In this document: positions 12,901-26,400 of the stretch, in pieces | Layout: every line of letters starts with the position of its first letter | How positions within the stretch are numbered: position 1 is the first letter of the stretch | DNA from: Ophelia neglecta | Taxonomy: Eukaryota | Direction of reading: 5' to 3' | Length of the DNA: 64,000 bases | NCBI GenBank assembly: GCA_965285935.1 | Contig: OZ260661.1 | Span: 124,496,001-124,560,000, forward strand | Translations under genes and position numbers: made by a program | Notes under the pieces: generated by a model | What the model was told of the DNA's origin: nothing | What the model saw: the letters and a program-made list of their open reading frames with translations, nothing else | Databases searched by the model: none

Positions 12901-15900
12901 AGGAAGAGGGCCATAGATTTCTGTGACAAGCCATTGAAATTGATTCATGTAGATGGGTATTGAAGTAGATTTAGTAAAGAAAGAGTCTGTCAGTTTAAGC
13001 TGTGTGTGAGAATGACATGCTGTTACTGTAGGATGTTTTTAACATTCTCCTGCCAGGGCTGCTCAACACAAAGAATACAGCCATTGATTTGGAGACAGCT
13101 TTGCCAGATGTGCTTCACACCTCTGTTTGTCACAAGCCATTGGCTTACCCTGGCTTACCTCACCAGCTCAGAGGGCTCTCCAGCTCAAGGGGAGGTTACA
13201 GTTAAGGGGGCTCCCCATCTGGGGGAGGAGCTTCAGCTCATAGGGGGGGGGGGGGAGGGGGGGCTTTGGCTCCGGTTATCTCCTAGCACATGGCAGGGCC
13301 AGCTCAGGTGGTGGGGGTGTCCCCCAGCTCAGGAGGCTATCCAGGGTCCTGCTCACTGGGCTCTTCAGCCCAGAGGAGACGTTTATGATTGAAACATCAA
13401 AAGAAGTGTGGATTTTTCAAGTGCCAAGTTTGTGGTAATTATGCATTAATATGTGCTCTTCAGGAGGGCTGAGCATTGGAGAAAATAACATTGGAGCTCT
13501 TGTATGGATCACCCTCAGCTCCAATCCGTTTAAAAGTCAGTCAAAGAAGGGCCAGTCCGATGACTCATCACTAACATGTACAACTTAAACAACAGAACAC
13601 CAGAAACATGGTTTCCACCACTTTTGCAAACCACCAAGCAGACAGCTGCCATATTTTACAAGTTTGAAATCTGTTGGTGTTGATCCTAGCTTTGTCCCGC
13701 TAGGAAGAGACAAATATAAGGTCCACATGAGATGTGCTGTTGGTGACTCACAGAAAGAAGACAGACAAGCTGTTTGGCCGCTTCAGGGGAACTTTGGTTG
13801 AGGAGAAGATCTAGCCCTGAGAGGTAATTTCCAGGTCAGTGTGGGATCAGATCTGAAGTCAGGAGTTCCAGTGTACCTGGGGTAGACTCTGCATACTTCA
13901 AATACTGAATGGTCAGTCCTTCCCCATAGCAGTCACACTGACATTCCCCATGGCAATCACAGGTTCTGGTATTGTAAATACTATCATTTCCTCCGTAGGT
14001 AACAGCTATGTGTCAGTTCCCTGTGATCAATATTTATCCTATTTCTTTGCCATGGCCCATCTTGTGCCAATTGGTACATTAAGGCTGACCTATAACATGG
14101 CTTCTGCCCCTGTAAATAAGTAGCAGAGGGAGGAAACTACTTGGAAAATTTCCTGTGTTGACTTTGCCAGCATAAAAAGCTTATAAAATATTTGATGTCT
14201 TCTTGAAAAGTCTTAAATACACAAACTGCTGCCTGCCCAGGTATACTGCCAGCTGGGATGTTTGTAGGGCTGTAGGGGCGGAGCTAGGGGTGAAGAAAGG
14301 AAGGAGGGGGAGGGGGAGGGGGGTCAGCTCAAAAGGGGAAGGGAGCTCACCCCCAGTTATCTAACTTTAGGGTACAAAGGACCCCCTGTTCATAAGATGT
14401 GGTGAGAGCCATCTGACCTCCCCCCCCCCCTCTCACCTAGCTCTTAATCCACCCTGACATGATGAATGCCTGGTGGCCTGAAGTGGTGCTAAGGGTCTGA
14501 TTATCATTAGCATTTTCATTTGTTTTTGTATTGGTTCAGCAAGGTTTTACCGGAGGTTTTCAGCACCATACACCTCATCATCATAAATGTGGCATGTGCT
14601 AGTGGTCATTTCTTATTACCTGGATTATAAATAATGCAGGCTCATTTGAGAAAACACATTTATTTTGCTTTCTGCATTTGAACTGAAAATTGTTCATCTT
14701 AAATGTAAGATCACTGTTTTCAGCATTATTTGTTCCAGAAATGTTTATGGTTATTAGCTTTAAGGAAACTGGTATTTCCTGTAAAAATAAGAATTACCAT
14801 TAGCTCTTTTAATAAGCAACTTGTTCATGTTGTTTTGCCAGTACCACTCTTAACACAGTATTTAAATTTTATGAGTTGTTTTGTTGTTAAAACCTTCTTA
14901 GCTCTTCAGTTTTATTGTACTCGAGAGATATTCGAGTCCAAGCATACATTCTATTCTTGAGCAGGCTTTGCATTTTATCCCGCAGTCACAGAGTGCAAAG
15001 ATTAAGGAAATGTTCTAAGGGGCGGAGTACCCCTAGAAAAAGGAAAGGGAAGTTACTGTATCAGAACACTTATTGCTACAGGTTTTGCTACAAAACACTG
15101 ATCTTCAGATTTACAAAACTTATAAATCAATGCTTATTTCATCAATTCTTATCATGTTTACAGAGGCAGCAAAGATAATGAGCTAAATAGATGGTGTCTC
15201 TCCTAATAAATATAGTAAGGTGTGGTTAAGTGTTACATCCAGACAGTCTGCACTCTCCAGTGTACTGTCTTCTGTCCCTTGCCGGTACCATGCACAATGA
15301 TGGACCACATGAGAGAAACCAGCTCCAGGCTGCTAATGATTGTCAATCACTTTACTAGTTATATAAACTGTTTGAGCACAATTATTGATATGTATTGGAT
15401 TAAATAGTTAATAATATTTTAATCCCTTGACCATGATTGCAAAAACAGCAGCTATTCTTTTATTATTGTTATCATTGTTGTTTGTCTTTACTTTATCTCA
15501 CCCAAACCAATAGTCACCACTAGGTGGACACTTCCCAATGCAGCATACTCCACCAAACTGATCAAGGCCTTCTGCCTAAAGACTGTTCTTCTGGAACCTA
15601 AATTTGGTTGCACAAAATTGTGAAAATAGTTGTGTAATTTGAAGAAAGAAATAACATTTATATGTCCAGAAAAGTCTGGATAATTCATCAGACAACCTTT
15701 ATTATTAGTCTGGAAAACAGTCTTGTCTCGAGAAACAAAATTGATAAGCCTTTTACTCTATAACTACAACTTACATGGGGAATTGCACCGACACTTTGCG
15801 TCTAAACGTGTGGCTGTGATGAAGGAATACACTTGATCACATCTCACTAGCTACCTCAGCTGGTCATTTACTACTCTGTGTTCATTACCAGGTGTCATAG

Positions 15901-18775
15901 TGAAGATGTGTCAGGACCACAGGACTAAGATGGAGGAGGTGTCATGTGACAAAGACTATAGATGTCTGAGTGGCAGGAAAAGAGACTATATGTCATAAAA
16001 TAGAAGCGTATTCATTTATCATTGACTTTTTGTGCCATTAAAAATTTGAAAGGAAACACAACCCCCAATATAGCAGGATGAAGAGAAATAATTAGGTAAT
16101 GAGCTAGATTTCAAATTGGTCATTTATTAGAATTTGATTGAATTGGATAGTTTCAAATTGAAAATTGAAATTAATCTTATTGTTCAAACCGATGCCAATA
16201 ATCATTATAGATAATCACACAATTTGGAATCCCAACCACCAAATTTGATTGTTTGATGATGGTAGTTGACACAGTTATCAGCCTGTTAATTGTTTCAGGA
16301 CACTTAAAATGGAGGGGGTCTTTTATGTTGCCATGGTGATACTGGTCATATGACAATAAGGATCATCAGATCACAGGAGTGGACATTCTATCTCTGTCCT
16401 CCCCTCAGCTAGGGATTAGAACCTTCTAGAAATGATTAGCTCTTAGTGGACAGTGATAAATGAACCAGGTCAAAAGTCCAAGTCAGGTCAAAAGTCGTCT
16501 AAGCCCTAACTGGGATATTGGCTCTTATGGTTGTAAGCTTTCAGCTTCCAGGGCCCTGTGGAAAGTTCTACAAATAATTTGACTCTTCTGGTAGAATATA
16601 GTACTTCAATATAATATATGGTAGGCCAGGTACTCATGTTGCTCAGAAAGTAATTGGAGTGGAGTTCTGGCAGAGCAAAATCATTAGTCAAGAATAGGCC
16701 ACCAAATCAACAAGATCCATCCGCAGCGCACAGGTTCACAAGCATCAGATCTCAGTTCCCTCACTGTAACTAAGTTTTTAACTGAATAAGTAATACAAAG
16801 AATTATTACTGATATCACTAGCAATGGGAAATAGTGAACAGGTATTTATGATGTGAGTTAGGGCAAAGAACAAACGAGTTAGTGCTCAACATAGGACAAA
16901 GTTAAAAAATGCCATAGAACTACCTATGAAAGACGGCCCTCTTATAACTGGGAGACTATCGATGAATTTGTCTCCAAAAACACAATACCAAGGAAGGTGG
17001 ATCTATAGCAATATGCAGGCAAGAATGTATGAATCACCCTCGAAATGAGGGGATGCGGAAGTAGATAACATGAACATTTTCTTTTTGTTGCAGTGAATAA
17101 GTCTGTAAAAATAACTAAAAAATTATGTAACAAAGGAGGAAGCATGCCAATTTGTATGTTATATTAGGCTAAGAATAGCTATGTCTGCATTTCTTTGGGT
17201 TAGAGGCATATCTTTATGATAAACTGTAATGATGGGTGCTAATTAATGTAACATTTTCCTGGCACTATTATATGGAAGACAGGCCCTTTGACATATATAC
17301 AGAGCAAATCTTATTTCTGGCTAAATGATTATGGCTCATGGTACATACTTTGGTGATGTCCCAAAACTAAAGTCTACAAATAAACCTTGAAGAAGATGAC
17401 AACAGCTTAGACATATTTCCTAGAAGTCTAGGTATGTCTTGGCCTGGCCTGGCTTTATTAACATGACAGATTGGCCAGCTATTTACAAAGACATGTCATA
17501 TGAGATGAGAAGATTTCCCCACAAAACACATGTCTGTTGGTGAGGAAAGGGATATCAACAAGTCCTGACTGTTTGGCAATTTGACTCAGTGATACAAATA
17601 TTTAGACTTCAACTCTTAAGTCTTTGTGATTCTCTTCAAATAAACAGTTCAGGTGAGGGTGTGTCTACATAAAATGTATCTGCACCACATGTCCCTGGCT
17701 GCTAAGTGTTCTTCTTATGAGGGTGGGTATTTTGTATTTCTGATTTTATTCCCCACTTGGAAGGATTTTAATTAGTTAATGTTAGATCAAGGGCCAGACT
17801 GTGATCAACTAAGCCCCTGTGTTTTGAAGGTTTGATGTGGTATGTACTGGTAAGAGTGTTAAGTGGCCAGACTAATCCACAGATGTTGAGCTGTCTGTCA
17901 GGTTCAAAGTGCAGCGGGGACATCAGGAAATCTGCTGTCTTCAGCTGGTGTCCCTGGGACTCCTGGCAACTATGATCACAGTATAGCAGTCTAGTAGAGT
18001 AAATCTGCTAGGATGGCCTGGCCAAGGATTTAATTGTTGAATAAAACACCAGTACTAGACAGTTGATCTATGGCTTGACCCTGTCTGCCGCCATGTACCC
18101 TGCCATATGCCTGGTGAATCTAGGCTTTATGAATGGATAAAAGTCTGTTTTTTATTAGAATTGGCACATGGTAGTATATAGAGTAAATGCCCATGCTCTC
18201 ACCTTTGCCAGTCGTAGTCTAGCCAGTTTAAAAAGGCCAGGTTGCCTAAACCTTTGGTACAGAGGTTATGGCTCACAGCAGGATGAAAGCCAGAAGCATC
18301 ATGGAAACTGCTAGTGGGATGTTCATTTAGTCAGATCATATTGTATAATGTCAGTTGGCAAGGTAAAAATGCCACAGGTAGACTTATTTATGATGCAGCC
18401 TATTTCCTCTGTTGTGGTCCACACCTATAAGATATCCCGGGCTAGGGGTAGGCCTGGACACACCTCGAGATGGAAGTATCTGTAAATGTCAGGATTTCTG
18501 ACCTGTCAGAATCTCAGTTGAAATATATAGAGATATGTAATGAATGTTGATATAATCTGGATAGCAGATTTCAGCTCCTCTAGTCTGTTACATGCCAGAG
18601 ATCAGTACTACAATGTGTGGGTTTGATCAGTTTGTTTTCTATCCATGCAGTGGATCAGACTTAGTAGACCCTATTGATTTATTGGGCGTGTTTCTCCCTG
18701 CGATGTGACTTGTACTTTTTACCGTAGACAGAACCACCTAAGATGGCTGTGATGGGCTGGTATCATCCTGACCTG

Positions 18776-18811
18776 TGATTTATTCCTGATTTATTCCTGA
18801 TTTATTCCTGA
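18776..18811. repeat. 11-bp tandem repeat x3 (TGATTTATTCC)
   Basis: Perfect copies at 18776, 18787, 18798. Confidence 0.9.
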
Positions 18812-19497
18812 ATCATCGTCCTGATCCTTTGATTTAAAGGCTGTACACGAGACAGAGGTAGGTTTATTCCACACCCTCGCCTGTTTAATCAACTGATCTG
18901 TGTGGCCAGCCATTCCTTCATTAGTTTAGAGAGTCCTGAGCATGCTGAAGGCGGCCAATAAAGGTCACATGGACTATAAATCAGGTGGGGCCATGCCAGA
19001 GGTGACAGCTTCACGGAGATCACCCTAGCCATGCTGGTAGATAGCACACTCAGCATTTGTATTGCTGTGGACTGTATTGCTCATCAGGACAGTGTGTAGT
19101 GTCCTGTCATAGGGTGTTCAATACACAGAAAGATGGGATTTATTAGTTCTACTGGGTAGATCGGGAGCCTCCTGTACTGATCACCTGTTGTGGTGCTGGT
19201 CTATCTCCATATACAGGTATGTGTACTCTAAGCATATAGGTCTTGCAGTGGGATGAGCAGTCAGGTTAACATGTTTTATTTCATTATCACAGTATGCTGT
19301 AATCTTACAGTGTGGTATCAGTGTAAATGTCTGATCATTGAGAGGTATGTTCACAGGTTGAGAATGTTTCTGCTCTTCTGGAGTCTGTTTATATATAACC
19401 TTGTTTACCAGGTATTGTTGCTGCTTGCATGTAGGCCATTGATGTACATATTACTGTGAAGCTTGCACCCAGTCCTGCCTGCTACTGCCTTGCCCAG

Positions 19498-19511
19498 GTT
19501 GCCATGGGAAC
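19498..19511. promoter_or_regulatory. RFX X-box candidate
   Basis: GTTGCCATGGGAAC, close match to the palindromic RFX consensus GTTRCCATGGYAAC. Confidence 0.45.
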
Positions 19512-21983
19512 CAGTTCCTGTAGAGATATTGAGCTTTGGCATGTGCATGCTATGGGTGGCTTTGTAGAATATTGGATGTACAAGCCATGTGTAAGATGTA
19601 CATTGACATGCAGAGCAGGGATGGCAGGCGGCTTCTTGTTCTGGGCTGAGTGATGCTCAGAATAATATACCAGTGTTAATAGATGTCGTACACACCTTGC
19701 TGTAGGCTGGGACAAAGCACATACCAACTGGTATTGTATGCTCATCTCAGGGAGCTCAATAGAAACTCTAAGATCAGGGCTAGAAAACAGTTTGTATTTA
19801 TAGATAATGAGATGTTAAGATACATGTTTAAAGCCAGCCTGCAGCCACAGTCCACCCATAAACAGTGTGTATGTAATGATAAATCATTTACTAGTCTCAG
19901 AGAACAAATTAAAGGCGTAGGTACAGAAGTAGATTATTCTCCAGTGCCATGTACGGCAGACTCAGGCCGGATCTCAGTTAGGATGAATGACTTCCTGGGC
20001 TATTTGGTTATCACAATTTATTTCCATGTCATTCATATTAAAGGCCGACCACATCCTGACCTTAAGCCACAGGCCGGCCTGCCACCAACCATCACCTGTT
20101 GCAGGTGCTCACACAGTGCTGATGTTCAGGGACTGGGGAGGCAGTATTCATGACTGTCTGTGACATAGCCCTAGGAAGTGATTCATATTCTCCCGGACAA
20201 GCTTCTGTGACTATCAGAAACCTTAACTAAGCTAAGAAGGTGGTACTTTTGAGGCACACCAATCTGTCAACTAGATATTTCCCTCAACCAAAGATTGAAG
20301 GATGCTAGAATCATGCTGGGAGTAACAGCCTTGGGTCTGAAGACTTGAGTACACATGTTAAGATGGGTGACTCAGAGCTGGCAGTTTTTTTACAACATTG
20401 AGATCTGCTGTGAAGGCCACAGATGAAATGGATGGAATATCACTCTCCTCCTGTCATCTTCAAGGGACAAACATAAAGTCCCTGCTTGTATATGACTTTA
20501 TGGTATGTGAATATGTATGTGAAAAGTATGTGAAAATAAACACCATCCAAGCAAGACTTATTGTCCTTGTCATGGTTCAGGCCATAAATATATTTGTAAT
20601 AAAACCGAGTTCAAAAAGATAGTCATGTATATAAATACTAAATCTTACCTTTCTAGTGCACCATCAATAATAGCACACAATGATTATAATCATTGTACTG
20701 TAATCATATATCAAGATAGGATCAACCGAGAGGATCTTTGTGCATGGTAGAGCACAAAACGAGGATGTCATACACAGGTTTAAATGCTAATTGGTGGCAA
20801 TCTTTTGCATCAGTTTGGTTTTCTTCCCAAAGGGTAGGCAATTTTCACCAGGACACTACCCTGGAGGATAAAATGAATGGTTTTTGCCTTAAACTTGTGT
20901 TTTTTCTTTGCTCTCAAGTGATTCAGTTCTCTCCCCAATGGAAGTTCACCAAGATTACAAGCTAGAGCATTAACCATGAACACTGCTTTATCTAACCACA
21001 GTGTTTTTTCTCCAGGATATGATCAGACAATTTGTTGCAGTGTCCTCAAGGTTGTTATTATATACAGGCTCCTCTATTATAACAATACATCACACACAGG
21101 ACAGAGAATATCAGGAGGTTATTCAAAGAATGCTTTTCAGCTATTGTTAATGTATATAATATACTATAATATACTTGGAAATGTATCTAAGCTTTGCTAT
21201 TCATAATTTATTCAAGTATAGTCAATAAAAAATGGATCCTATTAATATGAAACACAAGGAAACCTATCTTTATGACTGTTTGTAACATGCCAAATATGCA
21301 TGTTGGTTAAATAGCTATAGCCAAAGATCACTTTCCGGTGTGAACTATGCTGGGCATGCCACAGTTACTTTAACACATGTCCTGATGTATGTACAGTGAG
21401 TGTGATACTGCTCTTGACTCTCGTCAGATGGAAACTACTATTTGTCCCCAGAGAAGCCATCATTTATATGATTATAATTTGGACCACATGTACCACACTT
21501 GTAGAGTGAGTGCTGTAGACAAGTTTTCTTTGGTCCTGTTTTGACTAGTTCCCTGGCACGTCAGTTGTCCTGATACTAAACATACTATACACACTTGACT
21601 TGGAGCACCTCTCTATAGGATTATGATGTTTGCTATTACTGCCTTGTTTCTAAATCCCCTAAGTGTGTTTGGGTTTGTGACTTACTCTACAGCTTACCCT
21701 ATTGTCAGGTGACTTATTGTACATGTATGCTCTGGGGTATGTGTTTAGATGATTATTTTAGTCAGTGGTGCCTGTCTGATCAGCTGTTTGTATGTGGGTG
21801 GGGATTGGGAGGTAGGGTGATGGTAGGGAGGGGTGGTGGAGCAATTTCCAATTTAATTTTACCTTTTTTCCCTCAATTCCTGTACCCAACTCGCTCTCCC
21901 TCCCTGTTTTCTTCCTCCCAGTTACCCCCACCTGTTCCACCTGTCAATGAGCACCCTGACATAAGGTGTCCAGCCCTGTCTAG

Positions 21984-21997
21984 GTTCCCATGGTAAC
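21984..21997. promoter_or_regulatory. RFX X-box candidate
   Basis: GTTCCCATGGTAAC. Confidence 0.45.
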
Positions 21998-22152
21998 CAG
22001 CCTCTTATGCCACCTACATCATTCTCACCTGGCCAGGGAAAATACCAGAGTAATTACCAAGTCCTCTGATATGTACATCACTCACCTCGGCACACTCAAC
22101 TTTGTTAGAACCTAACCGGAAAATATGTCGAGAGAGAAGGGTCTACTGTACG

Positions 22153-23406
22153 AGTCGAAATCAAAGTCAGGTCAAGTCCAAACAGAAGTCAGGTCAAGTC
22201 CAAACAGAAGTCAGGTCGAGTCCAAACAGAAGTCAGGTCGAGTCCAAACAGAAGTCAGGTCCAGTCCAAACAGAAGTCAGGTCGAGTCCAAACAGAAGTC
22301 AGGTTGACTCCATACAGAAGTCAGTTCAAGTCCAAACAGAAGTCAGTTCAAGTCCAAACAGAAGTCAGGTCGAATCCATACAGAAGTCAGGTCAAGTCCA
22401 AACAGAAGTCAGGTCGAGTCCAAACAGAAGTCAGGTTGACTCCATACAGAAGTCAGGTTGACTCCATACAGAAGTCAGTTCAAGTCCAAACAGAAGTCAG
22501 GTCGAATCCATACATAAGTCAAGTCAAGTCCAAACAGAAGTCAGGTCGAGTCCAAACAGAAGTCAGGTCAAGTCCAAACAGAAGTCAGGTCGACTCCAAA
22601 CAGAAGTCAGGTCAAGTCCAAACAGAAGTCAGGTCAAGTCCTAACAGAAGTCAGGTTGAGTCCAAACAGAAGTCAGGTTGACTCCATACAGAAGTCAGTT
22701 CAAGTCCAAACAGAAGTCAGGTCGAATCCATACAGAAGTCAGGTCAAGTCCAAACAGAAGTCAGGTCAAGTCCAAACAGAAGTCAGGTCAAGTCCAAACA
22801 GAAGTCAGGTCAAGTCCAAACAGAAGTCAGGTCGACTCCAAACAGAAGTCAGTTCAAGTCCAAACAGAAGTCAGGTCGAATCCAAACAGAAGTTAGGTCA
22901 AGTCCAAACAGAAGTCAGGTTGAGTCCAAACAGAAGTCAGTTCAAGTCCAAACAGAAGTCAGGTCGAATCCAAACAGAAGTCAGTTCAAGTCCAAACAGA
23001 AGTCAGGTCGAATCCAAACAGAAGTCAGGTCAACTCCATACAGAAGTCAGGTTGAGTCCAAACAGAAGTCAGGTTGACTCCATACAGAAGTCAGGTCGAC
23101 TCAAAACAGAAGTCAGGTCAAGTCCAATCAGAAGTCAGTTCAAGTCCAAACACAAGTCAGATCGAGTCCAAACACAAGTCGGGTCAAGTCCAAACAGAAG
23201 ACAGGTCGACTCCAAACCAAAGTCAGGTCGAGTCCAAACGGAAGTCAGGTTGACTCCAAACCAAAGTCAGGTCGAGTCCAAACATAAGTCAAGTCGAGTC
23301 CAAACAGAAGTCAAGTCGAGTCCAAACAGAAGTCAAGTCGAGTCCAAAGAGAAGTCAGGTCGACTCCAAACCAAAGTCAGGTCGAGTCCAAACATAAGTC
23401 AGGTCG
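22153..23406. repeat. 22-bp minisatellite, about 57 copies (consensus AGTCAGGTCAAGTCCAAACAGA)
   Basis: Continuous head-to-tail array. The overlapping QKSGQVQTEVRSSPNRSQV ORFs are 66-bp-period read-through. Confidence 0.97.
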
Positions 23407-23619
23407 GCGTATGAGCAGCTGCCTCAGCTGCTTCAGTGATAATTTGGTAATCACTGAGTGCCTGACCTCAGAGTAATCTCTCAGAGTTAAATACGCATGA
23501 CTGCATCATTATGAGTGATAACACTGGACTCTACAGCACCTCCTTTTTAATGCATGGGGACCCCAGTATTTTGGTCGCATGCCAGGCACAGTATTGGAAA
23601 TAGCGGGATTCCTAAAAGA

Positions 23620-23845
23620 CCTGGGTACAGTTTCTGGAAGTGGCCTCAAGTTAAGGGATTAGATTTGCCTATTACCGATTAGCTGAGTCAGCGTTTACCA
23701 GTGTTTCAATTGACTAAAATGGCTAGCCTTAAGACAAACCCAGCTTCCAGAAACCCTGATTAACAAGTGCAGACCCATTAAACATTGTAATCCTGATATT
23801 AATCTGAGTTAAGACTTAGAACCGCTTCCAGAAACTGGGCCCAGG
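23620..23845. mobile_element. MITE (~225 bp), possibly PIF/Harbinger-like
   Basis: Left end CCTGGGTACAGTTTCTGGAAGTGG vs reverse complement of right end CCTGGGCCCAGTTTCTGGAAGCGG (21/24); no coding capacity. Confidence 0.7.
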
Positions 23846-24740
23846 ATTCAAATTGAAGATTATTAAAAGGATGAAACATTCTTATTCACAGCTGACAATA
23901 TAGTTAAATAATGATTCATTGAGTTGTTTTCTGTTAGAGGCTCCTGCCCAACTTGGCTGTAGATTGCCTTGAAATTATCATCCAGCTGAATGGTATTTCT
24001 AGAGATATTTGAGTCAACAGCATTGATAATTCATTGGTTCCTCTGTTTATGCAATGAACCAATCACATTGTGCAAACAGTCACTACAGTGTAGGATTGAA
24101 CAAGCCAATGGTTTGATGGCCAATGTGTCATACAATTCCAAGTTAGCCTGATGAGGATTGGCATGGTTGGCCATGTCTTTATCCCTTTCCTTCACACTTC
24201 CAAGGGACTGAGCACTGTCTTCTAATCAAATTCAGTTGGGGGTTGTATGCCTATGATAGCCTGCCTGAGATGATCTGGCCATCCAGCCCTTTATTGCCCT
24301 TCCCCATGTCACTAGAGGGTCCCTGAGAGCAGCCTCCCCTTTCTCTTCTGTATACACAGTGGCCAAACAATCTGCCAGAGATCCATTGAGCTCTCCACAT
24401 AAAGGGCGTCTTCCTCCAAACGTCAACCAAGATTAAATATTCATGTCTTCTGCTTTGGAATGTATTCAATTCAAGGCATGCCAGTTGCTTCCACATTCAT
24501 CCCATCAGAGACGCTCTGACACCAGTGGTGTTTAGACCTCAGGACTATGGACATAAGGTGACTCATATTGTTGCTGGATGCATTTGTAATCTGGCATGAT
24601 TCTTGTGTCATGCTGGCATTAACCATCAAAATTTGGCTAAAGAACAGGCAGTATTAGAAGTTTACAAATAATGCCATGTTAGCCCCTTCAGAACATATGG
24701 CTCTCCACAGACACCAGTTGATATTGGTTATTATGGCTTG

Positions 24741-24754
24741 GTTGCCATGGTTAC
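24741..24754. promoter_or_regulatory. RFX X-box candidate
   Basis: GTTGCCATGGTTAC. Confidence 0.4.
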
Positions 24755-25451
24755 CAGACCTATTGGGAATCTGTTATGGAGCAGATCAAAGCCTGGGTCC
24801 ATTTTCACCTGGAGGGGAGTTGTCTTTCTGTTAGTTTGGAGTCCTGAAAGGGATGAAGTGAGTTTCTTGTAAATAGTCCCGGCCCTTAGATCTTCCAGGA
24901 GATTCCTACTACCTATAATAACATGAAAGCAAGGGCCCTGTCACACAGACAGGAACTGCAAGATATAAACCACAACACAGCCACAGATTCACCATTCAAG
25001 TTTTCATACCGTATGGTCTGCCTGCTGGGAAATCTTCTTATTTTTAAAGTTAAAAGGCAGTATGTACAGAATCTATTGAGAAATCAGAAATTTCCTTTTT
25101 AAATGATTGATGGTATCATATTTGGATGAATTTGGTGGAATTAAAGTTAAAAATAATCTGCAGTTTTCTACCTTCTTCCTGATCATTTCTTCTCAATTGA
25201 GTGTAAACATGTTGGGAATAATGACTTAAGCTTCCAGGAATAAATTTGCCATTGTCATCCTTTGGTAGGTTCTCCATGGTTTTAGGTGTCTGTACCTTCT
25301 AATAACTGTCTCCCATTATCTGAGAAGATAACAAGAAAGGATTGATGTGTTCCTGACACTTGGTTACTATGGCAGCATGTTTGGAGTGTGTTAGACAAAT
25401 GGACACAAAGTGGTAGGCCTAGTCACTCAGGTTGATGGTCAAGTTGATAGC

Positions 25452-25647
25452 TCCCTTGACGTCTGCAGCGGGAATGTGTACCTGGGCAGGAGGTTAATGT
25501 CTCCCTGTGTTCTCCCCGTGTCCCTTGACGTCTGCAGGGGGAATGTGTACCTGGCCAGGAGGTTAATGTCTTCCTGTGTTCTCCCTGTGTCCCTTGACGT
25601 CTGCAGGGGGAATGTTTACCTGGCCAGAAGGCTAATGTCTCCCCCTC
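25452..25647. repeat. 69-bp tandem repeat x~3
   Basis: CCCTTGACGTCTGCAG at 25453, 25522, 25591. Confidence 0.92.
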
Positions 25648-26145
25648 TTCTTTAATCTCACTAATTACCTGGGGACTGGGAGTTCTGGTGAAGAGAGGTA
25701 ATGGAAGTTTTTGTCATAGGAGGACTAAACTTTGCCTGTTTGTTGTAGGAGGATTTGCAGGTTTATGGCGACAGGTGTTTTTAACAGAAGAGTGTGTTTG
25801 CCTCTGTGCTTAATGGTACACAACCACAGCACTATTCACCAGTACCTTTACCTCAACTTACATTTAAACCAGGTTTTTCATGTTTATCAACCTTACTGCA
25901 CTGTTAAAAGATATCACTTAGTTGACACAACACTGTAGTCTTTTAAAAAATGTATAGTTTAATAAAAAATATAACAGAATCTGTATAGATGTGATAAAAA
26001 AGGTAAAGGTTAAAGTTAAGACACCTTGTTGTGCAACTGTAGACTTTAACAAAAGACCATTAGCACCCCCTGCCTAGTCCTAGCAGAGTTATTGCTTATA
26101 AATACAACATGGTATAGATATTACCTGTGCTCTTAGCCATGAGTT

Positions 26146-26400
26146 GTGTCTGGAGAGACATTCTGGAGGTGACAGTCTCGAGGAAACAGTCTGGAAAGAC
26201 AGTCTCAGGACAGAAAGGTGGGGAAGACTGGACAGAAAAGTCTTGGGAGCCTGCCCAGAAAGGCTGTCTGGGGAGACAGTCTCTGGTCTAGAGAAACAAT
26301 CTGGGGCAGCTGTCTGGAGGAGACAGTATAGAAAGACAGTGTAGGTAGACAGTGGGAGCAGATAGTGAGGGCAGACATTCTAGAAAAAACTGTCTGGGGG
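26146..26400. repeat. Degenerate ~13-bp repeat (TCTGGAGAGACAG-like)
   Basis: Recurrent GACAGTCTGG/GACAGTCT words. Confidence 0.6.

Noticed and set aside
14272-14457. G/C-tract flanked segments (also 11690-11903, 47125-47292) resembling hAT-type MITE relics
   Set aside because: Terminal inverted repeats too degenerate and no target-site duplication seen
22102-23414. Long overlapping ORFs (up to 252 aa) and a superficially CRISPR-like periodicity
   Set aside because: Pure 22-bp tandem repeat with no unique spacers and no cas genes; all frames give the same repeating peptide
25410-25655. ORF with a 23-aa repeat
   Set aside because: Read-through of the 69-bp tandem repeat; no convincing splice or start context
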